From Syntrophomonadaceae bacterium (GTDB lineage Bacteria; Bacillota; Dethiobacteria; DTU022): a stretch of 64,000 nt of DNA. The translations under genes were made by a program, and so were the position numbers. Location of the stretch: NCBI GenBank assembly GCA_007119965.1, contig SKOR01000039.1, positions 3,157 to 67,156 of the forward strand, written 5' to 3'. Below the pieces are notes generated by a model. The model was not told the DNA's origin. It saw only the letters and a list, made by a program, of their open reading frames with translations, and made no database searches. Positions 36,623 through 45,970 of this stretch are shown here, piece by piece; position 1 is the stretch's first letter; each line of letters opens with the position of its first letter.

Positions 36623-37627
36623 ATGCACGATTCACCAAGGCTGCTTGACGTAAAGGGTCTGAAGACATATTTTTATGCATACGGTGGAGTTGTAAAGGCT
36701 GTGGATGGGGTAAGCTTCCACCTTAGAAGCGGCGAGACCCTGGGTATTGTAGGAGAATCAGGATGCGGAAAAAGCGTTACTTCCCTCAGTATCATGGGAC
36801 TTATTCCCAAGAATATCGGCAAAATTGAAGAAGGCACCATTCTGTTCGATAATGAAGATCTCCTCAAGAAAAAAGAATCTGAAATGTGCAAGGTACGGGG
36901 CAACCGGATTTCAATGATCTTTCAGGAACCGATGACTTCGCTAAACCCTGTCATGCAAGTGGGTGATCAGGTTATAGAGGTAGTTCGTCTTCATCAGGGC
37001 CTCTCCCATCAAAAAGCCCTGGAAAAAACTATTGAAGTTTTCGACCTGGTCGGCATACCCCAACCGGCATCCCGCATAAAGTGTTATCCCTTTCAACTAT
37101 CAGGAGGCCTGCGTCAGAGAGTAATGATTGCCATGGCCCTGTCCTGTAATCCTATGCTTTTAATTGCTGATGAACCGACAACTGCCCTGGATGTTACTAT
37201 CCAGGCCCAGATCCTGGAGTTAATGAAAAAATTAAAGCAGGAAATTGGCACGGCTACCATGTTTATAACCCACGATCTCGGTGTAATTGCCGAGGTGGCT
37301 GAAAGGGTTATTGTAATGTACGGCGGCAAGATTGTTGAGCAGGCTGATGTCATCACTCTTTTTGAAGATCCCCAGCATCCTTATACGCAGGGGCTGCTTA
37401 ACTCTCTGCCTCGTGTCGATGAACGGAAGGAAAGGCTGCAGGTCATCCCGGGGACAGTTCCGGATCTATCATCTTCCCCCACAGGATGCAAGTTTCACCC
37501 CCGATGCGAATATGTTTCAGAGAAATGCAGAATAGAAGAGCCGCCTCAGATCTTTCTTGATCCGGAGAGAAGTGTCAGCTGCTGGCTTAAAACAGGATCT
37601 GCAGTTAAAGGGGGCTTGACAGGGTGA
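36623..37627 (+). CDS. peptide/nickel-type ABC transporter ATP-binding protein (DppD/OppD-like)
   Basis: Walker A GESGCGKS, signature LSGGLRQR, Walker B LLIADEPT. The C-terminal oligopeptide-ABC extension has HPYT and CKFHPRC. Confidence 0.9.
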   Translation: MHDSPRLLDVKGLKTYFYAYGGVVKAVDGVSFHLRSGETLGIVGESGCGKSVTSLSIMGLIPKNIGKIEEGTILFDNEDLLKKKESEMCKVRGNRISMIFQEPMTSLNPVMQVGDQVIEVVRLHQGLSHQKALEKTIEVFDLVGIPQPASRIKCYPFQLSGGLRQRVMIAMALSCNPMLLIADEPTTALDVTIQAQILELMKKLKQEIGTATMFITHDLGVIAEVAERVIVMYGGKIVEQADVITLFEDPQHPYTQGLLNSLPRVDERKERLQVIPGTVPDLSSSPTGCKFHPRCEYVSEKCRIEEPPQIFLDPERSVSCWLKTGSAVKGGLTG

Positions 37628-38670
37628 CGGTTGAGACACAAACTCCCGGCAGAACAGAAACTCTAATCCGGGTGAGTAACGTGAAAAAATGGTTTCCCGT
37701 TAAAGAAGGTTTTGCCAATTTAAAAACTGATTACCTGAAAGCGGTCGATGACGTCAGTTTTGATATTATCAGGGGAGAGACCCTCGGTTTGGTTGGTGAA
37801 TCGGGCTGCGGCAAGACAACGCTTGGGCGGGTAATGGTTTGCCTGGAAAAGGCAACGGCCGGCAAGGTTTTGTTTGATGATGTTGATATCTTCAGCCTTT
37901 CCTCAAAAGAGTTGAGGAAATTCCGGCGTAATATGCAGATAGTTTTTCAGGACCCCTATGACTCCCTTAATCCAAGAATGAAGGTTGAAGAGATCATAGC
38001 GGAACCACTGCAAATATACGGCACTCACAGGGGAGCTGAATTGAAAAAACGGGTGGCAGAACTTATGAATGTTGTCGGCTTAAGCCCCGTGCATGCCCGG
38101 AGATTCCCTCACGAGTTCTCGGGAGGACAGCGTCAGCGAGTCGGAGTAGCCAGGGCTTTGGCCCTAAACCCCAGGTTTATCGTATGCGATGAACCGGTAT
38201 CTGCGCTCGATGTATCAATTCAATCACAGACAATTAACCTTCTGGAAGATTTGCAGGAGGAATTCGGCCTGACATATCTGTTTATTTCCCACGATCTTTC
38301 TGTCGTTAAGCATATTTCCGATCGGGTGGCAGTTATGTACCTTGGTAAAGTTGTTGAACTCGCCGACCGGGAGGAGCTCTACCAGTCACCGCTGCATCCT
38401 TACACCAAAGCCCTTTTGTCGGCGGTTCCTGTGCCAAACCCACGGCTGGAAAAAAAGAGGATCATCCTTGAAGGAAGTGTTCCCAGCCCCCAGGAACGAG
38501 GGCCGGGTTGCTGTTTCAGTTCCCGCTGCTGGTTGGCGGAAGATATATGCAGGGAAGAAGAACCCTATTTTGAAGATTGCGGAAGCAACCACCTTGCAGC
38601 CTGCCACATGATTGAAAAAGACCGGGAAGCGGTCTGTAACCTCAATCCTGATTGGCCCAATAAGGAGTGA
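37624..38670 (+). CDS. peptide/nickel-type ABC transporter ATP-binding protein (DppF/OppF-like)
   Basis: GESGCGKTT, FSGGQRQR, IVCDEPVSALD and HPYT. It overlaps the upstream gene by 4 nt. Confidence 0.9.
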   Translation: MTVETQTPGRTETLIRVSNVKKWFPVKEGFANLKTDYLKAVDDVSFDIIRGETLGLVGESGCGKTTLGRVMVCLEKATAGKVLFDDVDIFSLSSKELRKFRRNMQIVFQDPYDSLNPRMKVEEIIAEPLQIYGTHRGAELKKRVAELMNVVGLSPVHARRFPHEFSGGQRQRVGVARALALNPRFIVCDEPVSALDVSIQSQTINLLEDLQEEFGLTYLFISHDLSVVKHISDRVAVMYLGKVVELADREELYQSPLHPYTKALLSAVPVPNPRLEKKRIILEGSVPSPQERGPGCCFSSRCWLAEDICREEEPYFEDCGSNHLAACHMIEKDREAVCNLNPDWPNKE

Positions 38671-38674
38671 GAAG

Positions 38675-39595
38675 ATGGCCGCATACCTTGTTAAAAGAAT
38701 TTTAGGCATCATCCCTATTCTCGTGGTAGCGTCTTTAATCGTTTTTTTTATGCTCCAGCTGACTCCGGGTGATCCCGTCCTGCTCCTCGCCGGGGAAAGG
38801 GCAACTCCTGAGAGAATTGAACGTATTACTGCCGAATGGGGCCTGGATCAACCGTTGTATGTACAATATTTTGCTTTCGCAGGCCGGATTATCCAGGGTG
38901 ATTTTGGCCAGTCAATAACCAGGAACCGGCCGGTGTCTGATTTGCTGAAAACATCTCTGCCGATTACCCTTGAGTTGAGCCTGGCTGCTCTATTTGTATC
39001 GATGGTGATTGGTGTCCCGGCAGGAATAATTTCAGCCGTGCGTCATGGTTCATTAATTGACCAGGCTGCTTTGTTCGGCTCCCTGATCGGAGTTTCGATT
39101 CCCGCTTTTTGGTTTGGCATTTTGCTGATGCTTGCTTTTGCTGTACGAATGCCGATCCTGCCCACTTCGGGTTACGGCACTTTTGCCCAGCTAATCCTGC
39201 CGGCCGTTGCCCTGGGAACTGCAGGTGCGGCACGAATCAGCAGGGTTATGCGTTCTAGCATGCTCGAAGTTATGCAGCAGGATTACATCAGAACAGCAAG
39301 AGCAAAGGGTTTGTCCGAAAAAATTGTTATCTACAAGCACGGCCTTCGTAATGCCCTTCTTCCCGTTATTACAATTATGGGGCTCAGCCTTGGCTGGCTG
39401 CTGGCAGGCAGTGTGGCGCTGGAGATGGTTTTCGCCCGCCCGGGTATGGGGCAGTTGTTGGTCCGGGGTATCCTGATGCGGGATTATCCTGTTGTTCAGG
39501 GCATGTTAATATTCCTGGTAATTTGTGTTGTTGTGGCTAACCTGGTAGCGGACATCCTGATCGCCATGGCTAATCCGCGGATCAAGTTTGATTGA
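38675..39595 (+). CDS. ABC transporter permease (DppB/OppB-like)
   Basis: The N-terminus MAAYLVKRILGIIPIL and the EAA-loop region YIRTARAKGLSE are present. ATG 38675 follows AAGGAG 38662-38667. Confidence 0.9.
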   Translation: MAAYLVKRILGIIPILVVASLIVFFMLQLTPGDPVLLLAGERATPERIERITAEWGLDQPLYVQYFAFAGRIIQGDFGQSITRNRPVSDLLKTSLPITLELSLAALFVSMVIGVPAGIISAVRHGSLIDQAALFGSLIGVSIPAFWFGILLMLAFAVRMPILPTSGYGTFAQLILPAVALGTAGAARISRVMRSSMLEVMQQDYIRTARAKGLSEKIVIYKHGLRNALLPVITIMGLSLGWLLAGSVALEMVFARPGMGQLLVRGILMRDYPVVQGMLIFLVICVVVANLVADILIAMANPRIKFD

Positions 39596-39827
39596 TCGGC
39601 TTTCTCTGCCGTTGGGGGTGTCTGTCGTTTCTGATTATAACCATGATGAAGGGTGCGGTCAAAATGGTAAGCAGGGCAAAGAGCCTGTTAAGTTGGGCTC
39701 TGTCGATATATTAGCCATAATGATTGCAGCATTCCAGATTATAGTGCCCTACCTGTTAGCCTTTATAATTGCCATCCTGCTGGTTCCGGCCCTGTTTTAT
39801 CTCGTCAGCTACTTAACAGGGCGGTAA
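39588..39827 (+). CDS. possible small membrane protein (unverified ORF)
   Basis: The C-terminal ~40 aa are strongly hydrophobic (ILAIMIAAFQIIVPYLLAFIIAILLVPALFYLVSYL). Only a TTG start is available and no RBS is evident. It fills a 355-nt gap inside the ABC operon. Confidence 0.3.
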   Translation: MIDRLSLPLGVSVVSDYNHDEGCGQNGKQGKEPVKLGSVDILAIMIAAFQIIVPYLLAFIIAILLVPALFYLVSYLTGR

Positions 39828-39949
39828 AGGTTTTGCATGTTGGGTTAAGGGAAGTCAGCCTGGCATTTTTGTGAAGGGAGGCGTTGAACGGGAAAGATGC
39901 CCGCTTTGCTTTAGATCACTACCGTGTATGATAAAAAAGGAGGGTCCAA

Positions 39950-41566
39950 ATGAGAAAAGCAAATAAAGGAAAATGGCTGTTTTTTTTAATAGTGGCTATC
40001 TCGTTGGTTTTTGCTATGTCAGCCTGCGCACCGGGTGAAGAAGCTGCTCCACCGGCTGATGAAGAGGATGCTGTAGAAGGAGAAATAAAAACAGGCGGTG
40101 ACCTGGTTATTGCCTGGGATTGGGAACCGGATCCGGTTATTGACCCCTATAACCTGGGTTGGGGCAACCTTCCCCTGGATATTTTTGAAGGCCTGCTGAT
40201 CAGTGATTATGATTTTAACCCCGGTCCCGGTATAGCAGAGTCCTACACCTTTGAGGAAGGCGGCCTGGTCCAGATTTATCAAATCCGTGATGACAGGTAT
40301 TTCCATGACGGAACTAAAATAGATGCAGAAGCCGTCAAGCGTCACTTCGAACTTCTGATTGATGAAGAAGTCGATTCAATGAGCAGATGGGACTTTGCTT
40401 TCATCTCCAGCATGGAAGTTCTTGACGAATACACCCTGCAATTTAACCTCGATGATCCATTTCCTGCAGCACTTTCAAACTTTTCCTGGGCAGGCGGTTG
40501 GGGCGGTATCCAGAATCCCTATGCCTGGGAAGAATATGGTCCCTGGGGAGAAAACACTTACGGCACTGATGTCGTTGTCGGCAGCGGCCCGTTCAAGTTC
40601 GTAGAATGGATTCCCGGTGACAGGATGGTTCTGGAAAGGTTCGATGACTACAAGTCAACACCTATTTTTGAAAATGAAGGCCCTGCTTACCTGGACAGTG
40701 TAACTTACCGCTTTATATTTGACTCCTCGACAGCAGTTATGGAGTTCGAAGTCGGTAACGTCCATATGCTGGAAACAGTGCCTCCGGAGTTTGTTGAGCA
40801 GGTCAGCAACATGCCCGGCGCCAACGTTTATAAAGGCGATAGCTGGGAAGTAGTCTACATCGGCATGGCTTGTGATAAACCGCCGTTTGACAATGTTCTG
40901 GTCAGGCGTGCTTTAAACCTGGCCGTCGATCAGCAGGAGATTGCTGATATTGTCTGGATGGGTTACGCAGAACCTGCTTATGGTTACATCTCTCCGTCTT
41001 TCGGTGACGCTTATGTGGCGGACCGGGAAACTTTCGGCTATGATCCCGAAATGGCGATGGAGTTGCTGGCAGAAGCCGGTTACCCTGATGGTTTTACAGC
41101 CGAATTGATGGTTGAAAACCGGACTGACTGGATTTCTGCTGCCGAGATTATCCAGGATATGTTTGCACAGGTCGGCGTTGATGTAGAAATACGCCAGTAC
41201 GAAAGAGCCGGTTACTATGATGTGCTGCGTGCTGAAGATCAGGAGATGTTTATCCGTGCGCACAGCTGGTGGGGTCTTGATATTCTGCCCTGGTATTTCC
41301 ATTCCCGTAACTTCCCCTATCCGAACTATCACCGTTACGTAAACGAGGAAATGGATGCCCGCTTTGATGATGCCGACTACTCGGCCACTTATGAAGAGCT
41401 GGTTGAAAAGTACAGGGATATCCAGGTCGATCTGGCCAAAGAGGCAATCTGGGTACCCCTGGTTCAGCCCATGGATATCGTTGCTTACAGGGATGAAGTT
41501 AAGAACTTCAACTTCCACCCTCTCTATGGGATCAGGTACAATGTTGATGTCTGGTTAGACGAGTAA
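39950..41566 (+). CDS. ABC transporter substrate-binding lipoprotein, family 5 (peptide/nickel/opine type)
   Basis: Lipobox FAMSAC and a 538-aa size. Family-5 SBP pattern is present (e.g. GSGPFKFVEW..GDRMVLERFDDY). Confidence 0.9.
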   Translation: MRKANKGKWLFFLIVAISLVFAMSACAPGEEAAPPADEEDAVEGEIKTGGDLVIAWDWEPDPVIDPYNLGWGNLPLDIFEGLLISDYDFNPGPGIAESYTFEEGGLVQIYQIRDDRYFHDGTKIDAEAVKRHFELLIDEEVDSMSRWDFAFISSMEVLDEYTLQFNLDDPFPAALSNFSWAGGWGGIQNPYAWEEYGPWGENTYGTDVVVGSGPFKFVEWIPGDRMVLERFDDYKSTPIFENEGPAYLDSVTYRFIFDSSTAVMEFEVGNVHMLETVPPEFVEQVSNMPGANVYKGDSWEVVYIGMACDKPPFDNVLVRRALNLAVDQQEIADIVWMGYAEPAYGYISPSFGDAYVADRETFGYDPEMAMELLAEAGYPDGFTAELMVENRTDWISAAEIIQDMFAQVGVDVEIRQYERAGYYDVLRAEDQEMFIRAHSWWGLDILPWYFHSRNFPYPNYHRYVNEEMDARFDDADYSATYEELVEKYRDIQVDLAKEAIWVPLVQPMDIVAYRDEVKNFNFHPLYGIRYNVDVWLDE

Positions 41567-41583
41567 ATCAAGCAATAGTAAAA

Positions 41584-41608
41584 GGGGAAGCGGTTTGTAC
41601 GCTTCCCC
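41584..41608 (+). terminator. stable hairpin after the SBP gene (attenuator or mRNA stabiliser)
   Basis: GGGGAAGCG (41584-41592) pairs with CGCTTCCCC (41600-41608), a perfect 9-bp stem. Only TT follows. Confidence 0.55.
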
Positions 41609-41677
41609 TTGAATTATAATCCCTGAAGTTTAACAGCCGGGGAGAGGTGAGGACAGATTACAGCATCAATATGGCAA

Positions 41678-42490
41678 ATGTTTTCTAAAAGAAAAAGCGC
41701 ATACGTTGGCCTGGTTATTATATTGGGCTTTATTGTTATCGCTCTATTTGCGCCCTGGATCGCCCCTCATGATTACAGGGTACAGGATAGAAGCAGTATC
41801 ATGGAATCACCGTCCCTGGAATATCCGCTTGGCACGGACCGTGTTGGGCGGTGTCTTCTCAGCCGGATTATTTACGGGGCAAGGATATCGCTGACAGTGG
41901 GCCTGGTTTCTGTGGGCATCGGCGCTTCACTTGGTTTGCTGATCGGTTCAATCAGCGGGTACATGGGAGGCTGGGTCGACAGGGTTATAATGGGGTTTGT
42001 TGACATAGTCTGGTCTTTTCCGACTATGCTGCTTGCCATTGCCCTGACGGCAATTTTGCAACCCGGCCTGCAGAGCGTGATCATCGCCCTGGGCCTCGTT
42101 TCCTGGCCGGAGTATGCCCGGATCATCCGAAGCCAATTCCTGGCAGTTAAGCAGAAGGAGTTTGTAGAAGCAGCCCGCTCGGTAGGCGCTTCTGATTTCA
42201 GAATTATCAAGAATCACCTGCTTCCCAACTCAATAGCGCCGATCATAGTTGTAGGCACGCTCGGGATGGCAACGGCAGTCCTGGTCGAAGCTACTTTCAG
42301 CTACCTCGGCCTTGGTGCCCAGCCTCCCGAACCAAGTTGGGGATCAATTTTGAGTATGGGCAAAGATTTTATTTATCACCAACCCCTGATGAGTATTGCC
42401 CCGGGATTGGCGATCATGATAATGGTCCTGGGATTTAACCTTTTTGGTGATGCAATCAGGGATATTATGGATCCCAGGCTTAAGAACTAA
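41678..42490 (+). CDS. ABC transporter permease (DppC/OppC-like)
   Basis: N-terminal TM segment followed by PLGTDRVGRCLLSRIIYG, and the EAA-loop FVEAARSVGAS. Confidence 0.9.
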   Translation: MFSKRKSAYVGLVIILGFIVIALFAPWIAPHDYRVQDRSSIMESPSLEYPLGTDRVGRCLLSRIIYGARISLTVGLVSVGIGASLGLLIGSISGYMGGWVDRVIMGFVDIVWSFPTMLLAIALTAILQPGLQSVIIALGLVSWPEYARIIRSQFLAVKQKEFVEAARSVGASDFRIIKNHLLPNSIAPIIVVGTLGMATAVLVEATFSYLGLGAQPPEPSWGSILSMGKDFIYHQPLMSIAPGLAIMIMVLGFNLFGDAIRDIMDPRLKN

Positions 42491-42875
42491 GGAGCGGTAA
42501 AAAGATACAGATTGTTTCTGCTCACTGGTTACAAAAAGCTTTTACCCGGGATAGCCGGGCCCTGAAATACGTACTGTTCAGTATAGTCCAGGCGTCAGGA
42601 TTATACGGCTGGCCGCCTGTCATGGTTCAGAGCGAAAGGTCTATCTTTATGCCGGGCGATCTGCCCATGGCTGCAGCGGCCATTACTGCTCCTCCTCCGA
42701 ACGTCAAGAAACCGCCTTGCTTGCAGATGCCGGAAGATCCGGTTTTCTTTGGAGATATGAGCAGATACAAGATATCCGGCAGCCGGTTTGATACCGCTAC
42801 CTGTTGTTATCCTGATTTTTAGAACCGGGGCAAGTTCCGGTTGGTCAGGCTTTTGAAGCAAAGGAGAGAACGTCA

Positions 42876-44279
42876 GTGAACCTACAGGAACGGCATGTAA
42901 ATGAAATAGAGGATGTATTAAGGGAGACAGCTTTAAAAATTTGGGAATATGCTGAAACAGGACTGGAAGAGTATGATTCTGCGAAACTCCTGGCCCGGGT
43001 CTGCCGGGATGAAGGCTTTACCGTGGAAACGGGTATTGCCGGAATGCCTACTGCCTTTGTTGCCCGCTGGGGAAATGGCAGCCCCGTGATCGGATTTTTG
43101 GCTGAATATGATGCCCTGCCCGGCCTTTCCCAGAAGGTCAGTTTAAAACAGGAACCTCTTGATAAAGGGAAACCGGGGCATGGCTGCGGCCATAACCTGC
43201 TCGGCGTGGGCGCCATGGGCGCCGCTATTGCCCTGAAAAGGAGCCTTGAAGAAACTGATCGCCCGGGTTCTGTTCACTTTTTCGGCTGCCCTGCCGAAGA
43301 AACTATTACCGCCAAGGGCTACATGGTCCGGGACGGTTACTTTGATCCGGTTGATGCAGTTTTTGACTGGCACCCCGCCGATGTAAACATGCTCAATATG
43401 CGTTCCACCCTTGCCTGCGATTCGGTGGAGTTCCATTTTAAAGGGCGTGCGGCCCACGCGGCCGCTAACCCCGATTGGGGCAGAAGCGCTGTCAAGGCGG
43501 TGGAACTTATGAACGCCGGTGTTAATTACATGCGCGAACATATTCACAGTGACGCGCGGATTCATTATGTAATTACCGATGGTGGCCACGAGCCCAATGT
43601 CGTGCCGGACAGGGCCTCCGTCTGGTATTATATCAGGTCGCCGCGGCGCAGCCAGGTCGATGCTTTGAATGAACGGGTTTTTAAGTGTGCACAGGGTGCG
43701 GCCCTGATGACGGAAACTGAGCTTGAGATAAAAATAGTCGATAAGTGCTACAATATGATACCCAATAAAGCGCTGAGCAGGATAATGCTTGAAGAATTTA
43801 AAGCAGTTGGTGCTCCTGCCATTCCCCCGGGCGAAGAAGAATATATTGAAGGGCTGCGGGAAACGATTACCGGGAGCCAGGTTGAAGAAACCCTCAGCGA
43901 CTGCAAGATGCCTTTAGATTATAACAAATTAATGCATGGTGAGGTCTTAGAGCTTGAAGAGGAAGGCGAGATTGCCCCGGGAACTACGGATGCCGGCGAT
44001 GTTTCCTGGAAAGCTCCCCTGGCCCATGCCAGGGTGGCATGTAAACCAATTGGTATCCCCGGCCACACCTGGCAGGCTGTCTCTGCTTTCGGTTCTGAAC
44101 TGGGAATTGCGGGAATGCTGACGGCATCTAAAATTCTCTCGCGAGCCGGGTGGAGGCTAATTGAAAACCCTGAATTGGCAGCAGAGGCAAAATCTGAGCT
44201 GGAAGAAAACCTGCGCAGAGATCCTTTCAAACAAGTCCTCGGCCCCGATCTCAGCCCCCCTGTTCCCGGTCGGGGTTAA
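42876..44279 (+). CDS. M20D-family amidohydrolase (AbgB-like)
   Basis: The HGCGHNLLG motif and a 467-aa size fit the aminobenzoyl-glutamate hydrolase subunit B-like family. GTG 42876 follows AAGGAG. Confidence 0.82.
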   Translation: MNLQERHVNEIEDVLRETALKIWEYAETGLEEYDSAKLLARVCRDEGFTVETGIAGMPTAFVARWGNGSPVIGFLAEYDALPGLSQKVSLKQEPLDKGKPGHGCGHNLLGVGAMGAAIALKRSLEETDRPGSVHFFGCPAEETITAKGYMVRDGYFDPVDAVFDWHPADVNMLNMRSTLACDSVEFHFKGRAAHAAANPDWGRSAVKAVELMNAGVNYMREHIHSDARIHYVITDGGHEPNVVPDRASVWYYIRSPRRSQVDALNERVFKCAQGAALMTETELEIKIVDKCYNMIPNKALSRIMLEEFKAVGAPAIPPGEEEYIEGLRETITGSQVEETLSDCKMPLDYNKLMHGEVLELEEEGEIAPGTTDAGDVSWKAPLAHARVACKPIGIPGHTWQAVSAFGSELGIAGMLTASKILSRAGWRLIENPELAAEAKSELEENLRRDPFKQVLGPDLSPPVPGRG

Positions 44280-44620
44280 CCGGCAAATGGGCCGCGCTGC
44301 GACAACTGACTAGCACCCTTTGCAGGTTGTTATTCTGACACTTCGCTCACCTGTCTGAAGGTATCGCCCGCATCATACCTTTTAAGTTATCGTCAATTAT
44401 ATGCCACGGCGTCCCTGCACGGGGGGCGCCGGTTTAAACTTCCCGGCAAAAGTTTGCACCGGCTGCGCACCAAACCCCGTATGTCTCCTTTTAATGTCCA
44501 CAGGCAGTATTTTGATAATCGAAGAGAAGGTATAAATGATCGTTTGTTTAAATATAGTCAATACGAAGTTATCTAAACTCGCAGCCGTACTGCATAACCT
44601 GCCGTATACGGGGTTGGACA

Positions 44621-45943
44621 ATGAAAAGTAAAATGCTGATACCTGATCATAATCAAAATCAATATTTACGCATGCGCTGGATAATGTGGTTTTTCTTGAT
44701 CACCCTTCATCTGATCACCACTTTTCACCGGGTGTCCTTTAACGTTGTTGCCGATCTGCTTACGGCTGAATTCAACCTGACCGGGGCCGGCCTGGGCAAC
44801 CTGGCAGCTGCTTATACATACATGTATGTGATTATGCAGATTCCCGGTGGAATGCTGGTAGATCGTTTAGGGCCGAGGCGGATTGCCCTGTTAACAGGGC
44901 TGCTGATGGCTGCCGGATCGCTTGTAATCGGATTTGCCCCCGGGGCAGGACTGGTTTTTTTGGGGCGCCTGTTAATCGGCCTTGGCGGTTCGGTAATCCT
45001 GATCAATATCTTTAAGTTTCAGGCCTCCTGGTTCTCACCGGCTAAATTTGCCACTTTGTCCGGCCTGGCGATTATGTTTAGCGGGAGCGGAGCCCTGTTT
45101 GGAGCCACGCCCCTGGCCCTGCTGGTCAACCTGGCGGGATGGCGTGCTTCATTCATATCAGTGGGTCTGGCAACTGTCCTGATTGCCCTGTTCAGCTGGA
45201 TTATCGTGCGCAGCCACCCCCCGGGGAGCATTAAAAAACAAGGGCATATTAACGGAAGCAGTACAGCTGCAGAAAGCGCTTCTGCATTATCGGTTAAAAA
45301 AATGGCTGCTGTGCTTACAAACCGCCGTCTTCTGGCCCCTTTTCTCCTAAATTTTGGCATTTTCGGCGGTTTTATAGTTTTTTCCGGTACCTGGGGGGTT
45401 TCTTACCTGGTCCATGTCTACCGGATTAGTGTCGAGCAGGCGTCTGTTTACATGATCCTGGTCTACCTGAGCTATATGCTCACCGCTCCGGCTGTCGGCT
45501 GGTTGTCTGATCGGATCGGGTCAAGAAAAATACCTGCCGTGGTCTTATCTTCTTTCTGTGTGCTGTTCTGGCTGTCTCTCACTGCCTGGCCTGGCGGCAT
45601 CCTCCCCGGATGGCTTCTCTATATACTCTCCGTTATGCTCGGTGCCGGAGCAGCGGCAACAATATTAAGCTTTCCGATGGCCAGGGAGGCCAGCCCGCCG
45701 GGGTATACCGGTTCTGTTACAGCAGCGGTCAACCTGGGGGTTTTCCTCGGCCTGGCAATCCTGCAGCCGCTGTTTGGTTATGTCTTAGATCTTGGCTGGG
45801 AAGGCCTGGTATTAGACGGGGCCCGTATTTACATCCTGCAGTCTTACCGTTTAGGTTTCCTGGTCTGCCTGCTGTTTTCGCTGTCATCTTTAATTGCAGC
45901 GCTGCTTTACCGTGAAGGGAAACCGGGATTAGCCGGTTCATGA
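44621..45943 (+). CDS. MFS transporter
   Basis: Twelve predicted TM segments and a GGMLVDRLGPRR loop 2-3 motif. Confidence 0.82.
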   Translation: MKSKMLIPDHNQNQYLRMRWIMWFFLITLHLITTFHRVSFNVVADLLTAEFNLTGAGLGNLAAAYTYMYVIMQIPGGMLVDRLGPRRIALLTGLLMAAGSLVIGFAPGAGLVFLGRLLIGLGGSVILINIFKFQASWFSPAKFATLSGLAIMFSGSGALFGATPLALLVNLAGWRASFISVGLATVLIALFSWIIVRSHPPGSIKKQGHINGSSTAAESASALSVKKMAAVLTNRRLLAPFLLNFGIFGGFIVFSGTWGVSYLVHVYRISVEQASVYMILVYLSYMLTAPAVGWLSDRIGSRKIPAVVLSSFCVLFWLSLTAWPGGILPGWLLYILSVMLGAGAAATILSFPMAREASPPGYTGSVTAAVNLGVFLGLAILQPLFGYVLDLGWEGLVLDGARIYILQSYRLGFLVCLLFSLSSLIAALLYREGKPGLAGS

Positions 45944-45970
45944 CCTAATCGCTCTTTAGGGAGGAAAAAA

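Noticed and set aside
42622-42822. 66-aa (+) ORF and the overlapping 86-aa (-) ORF in the dppC/AbgB-like intergenic gap
   Set aside because: Neither has an RBS or a recognisable motif, and both overlap the putative hairpins. I treat the region as non-coding.
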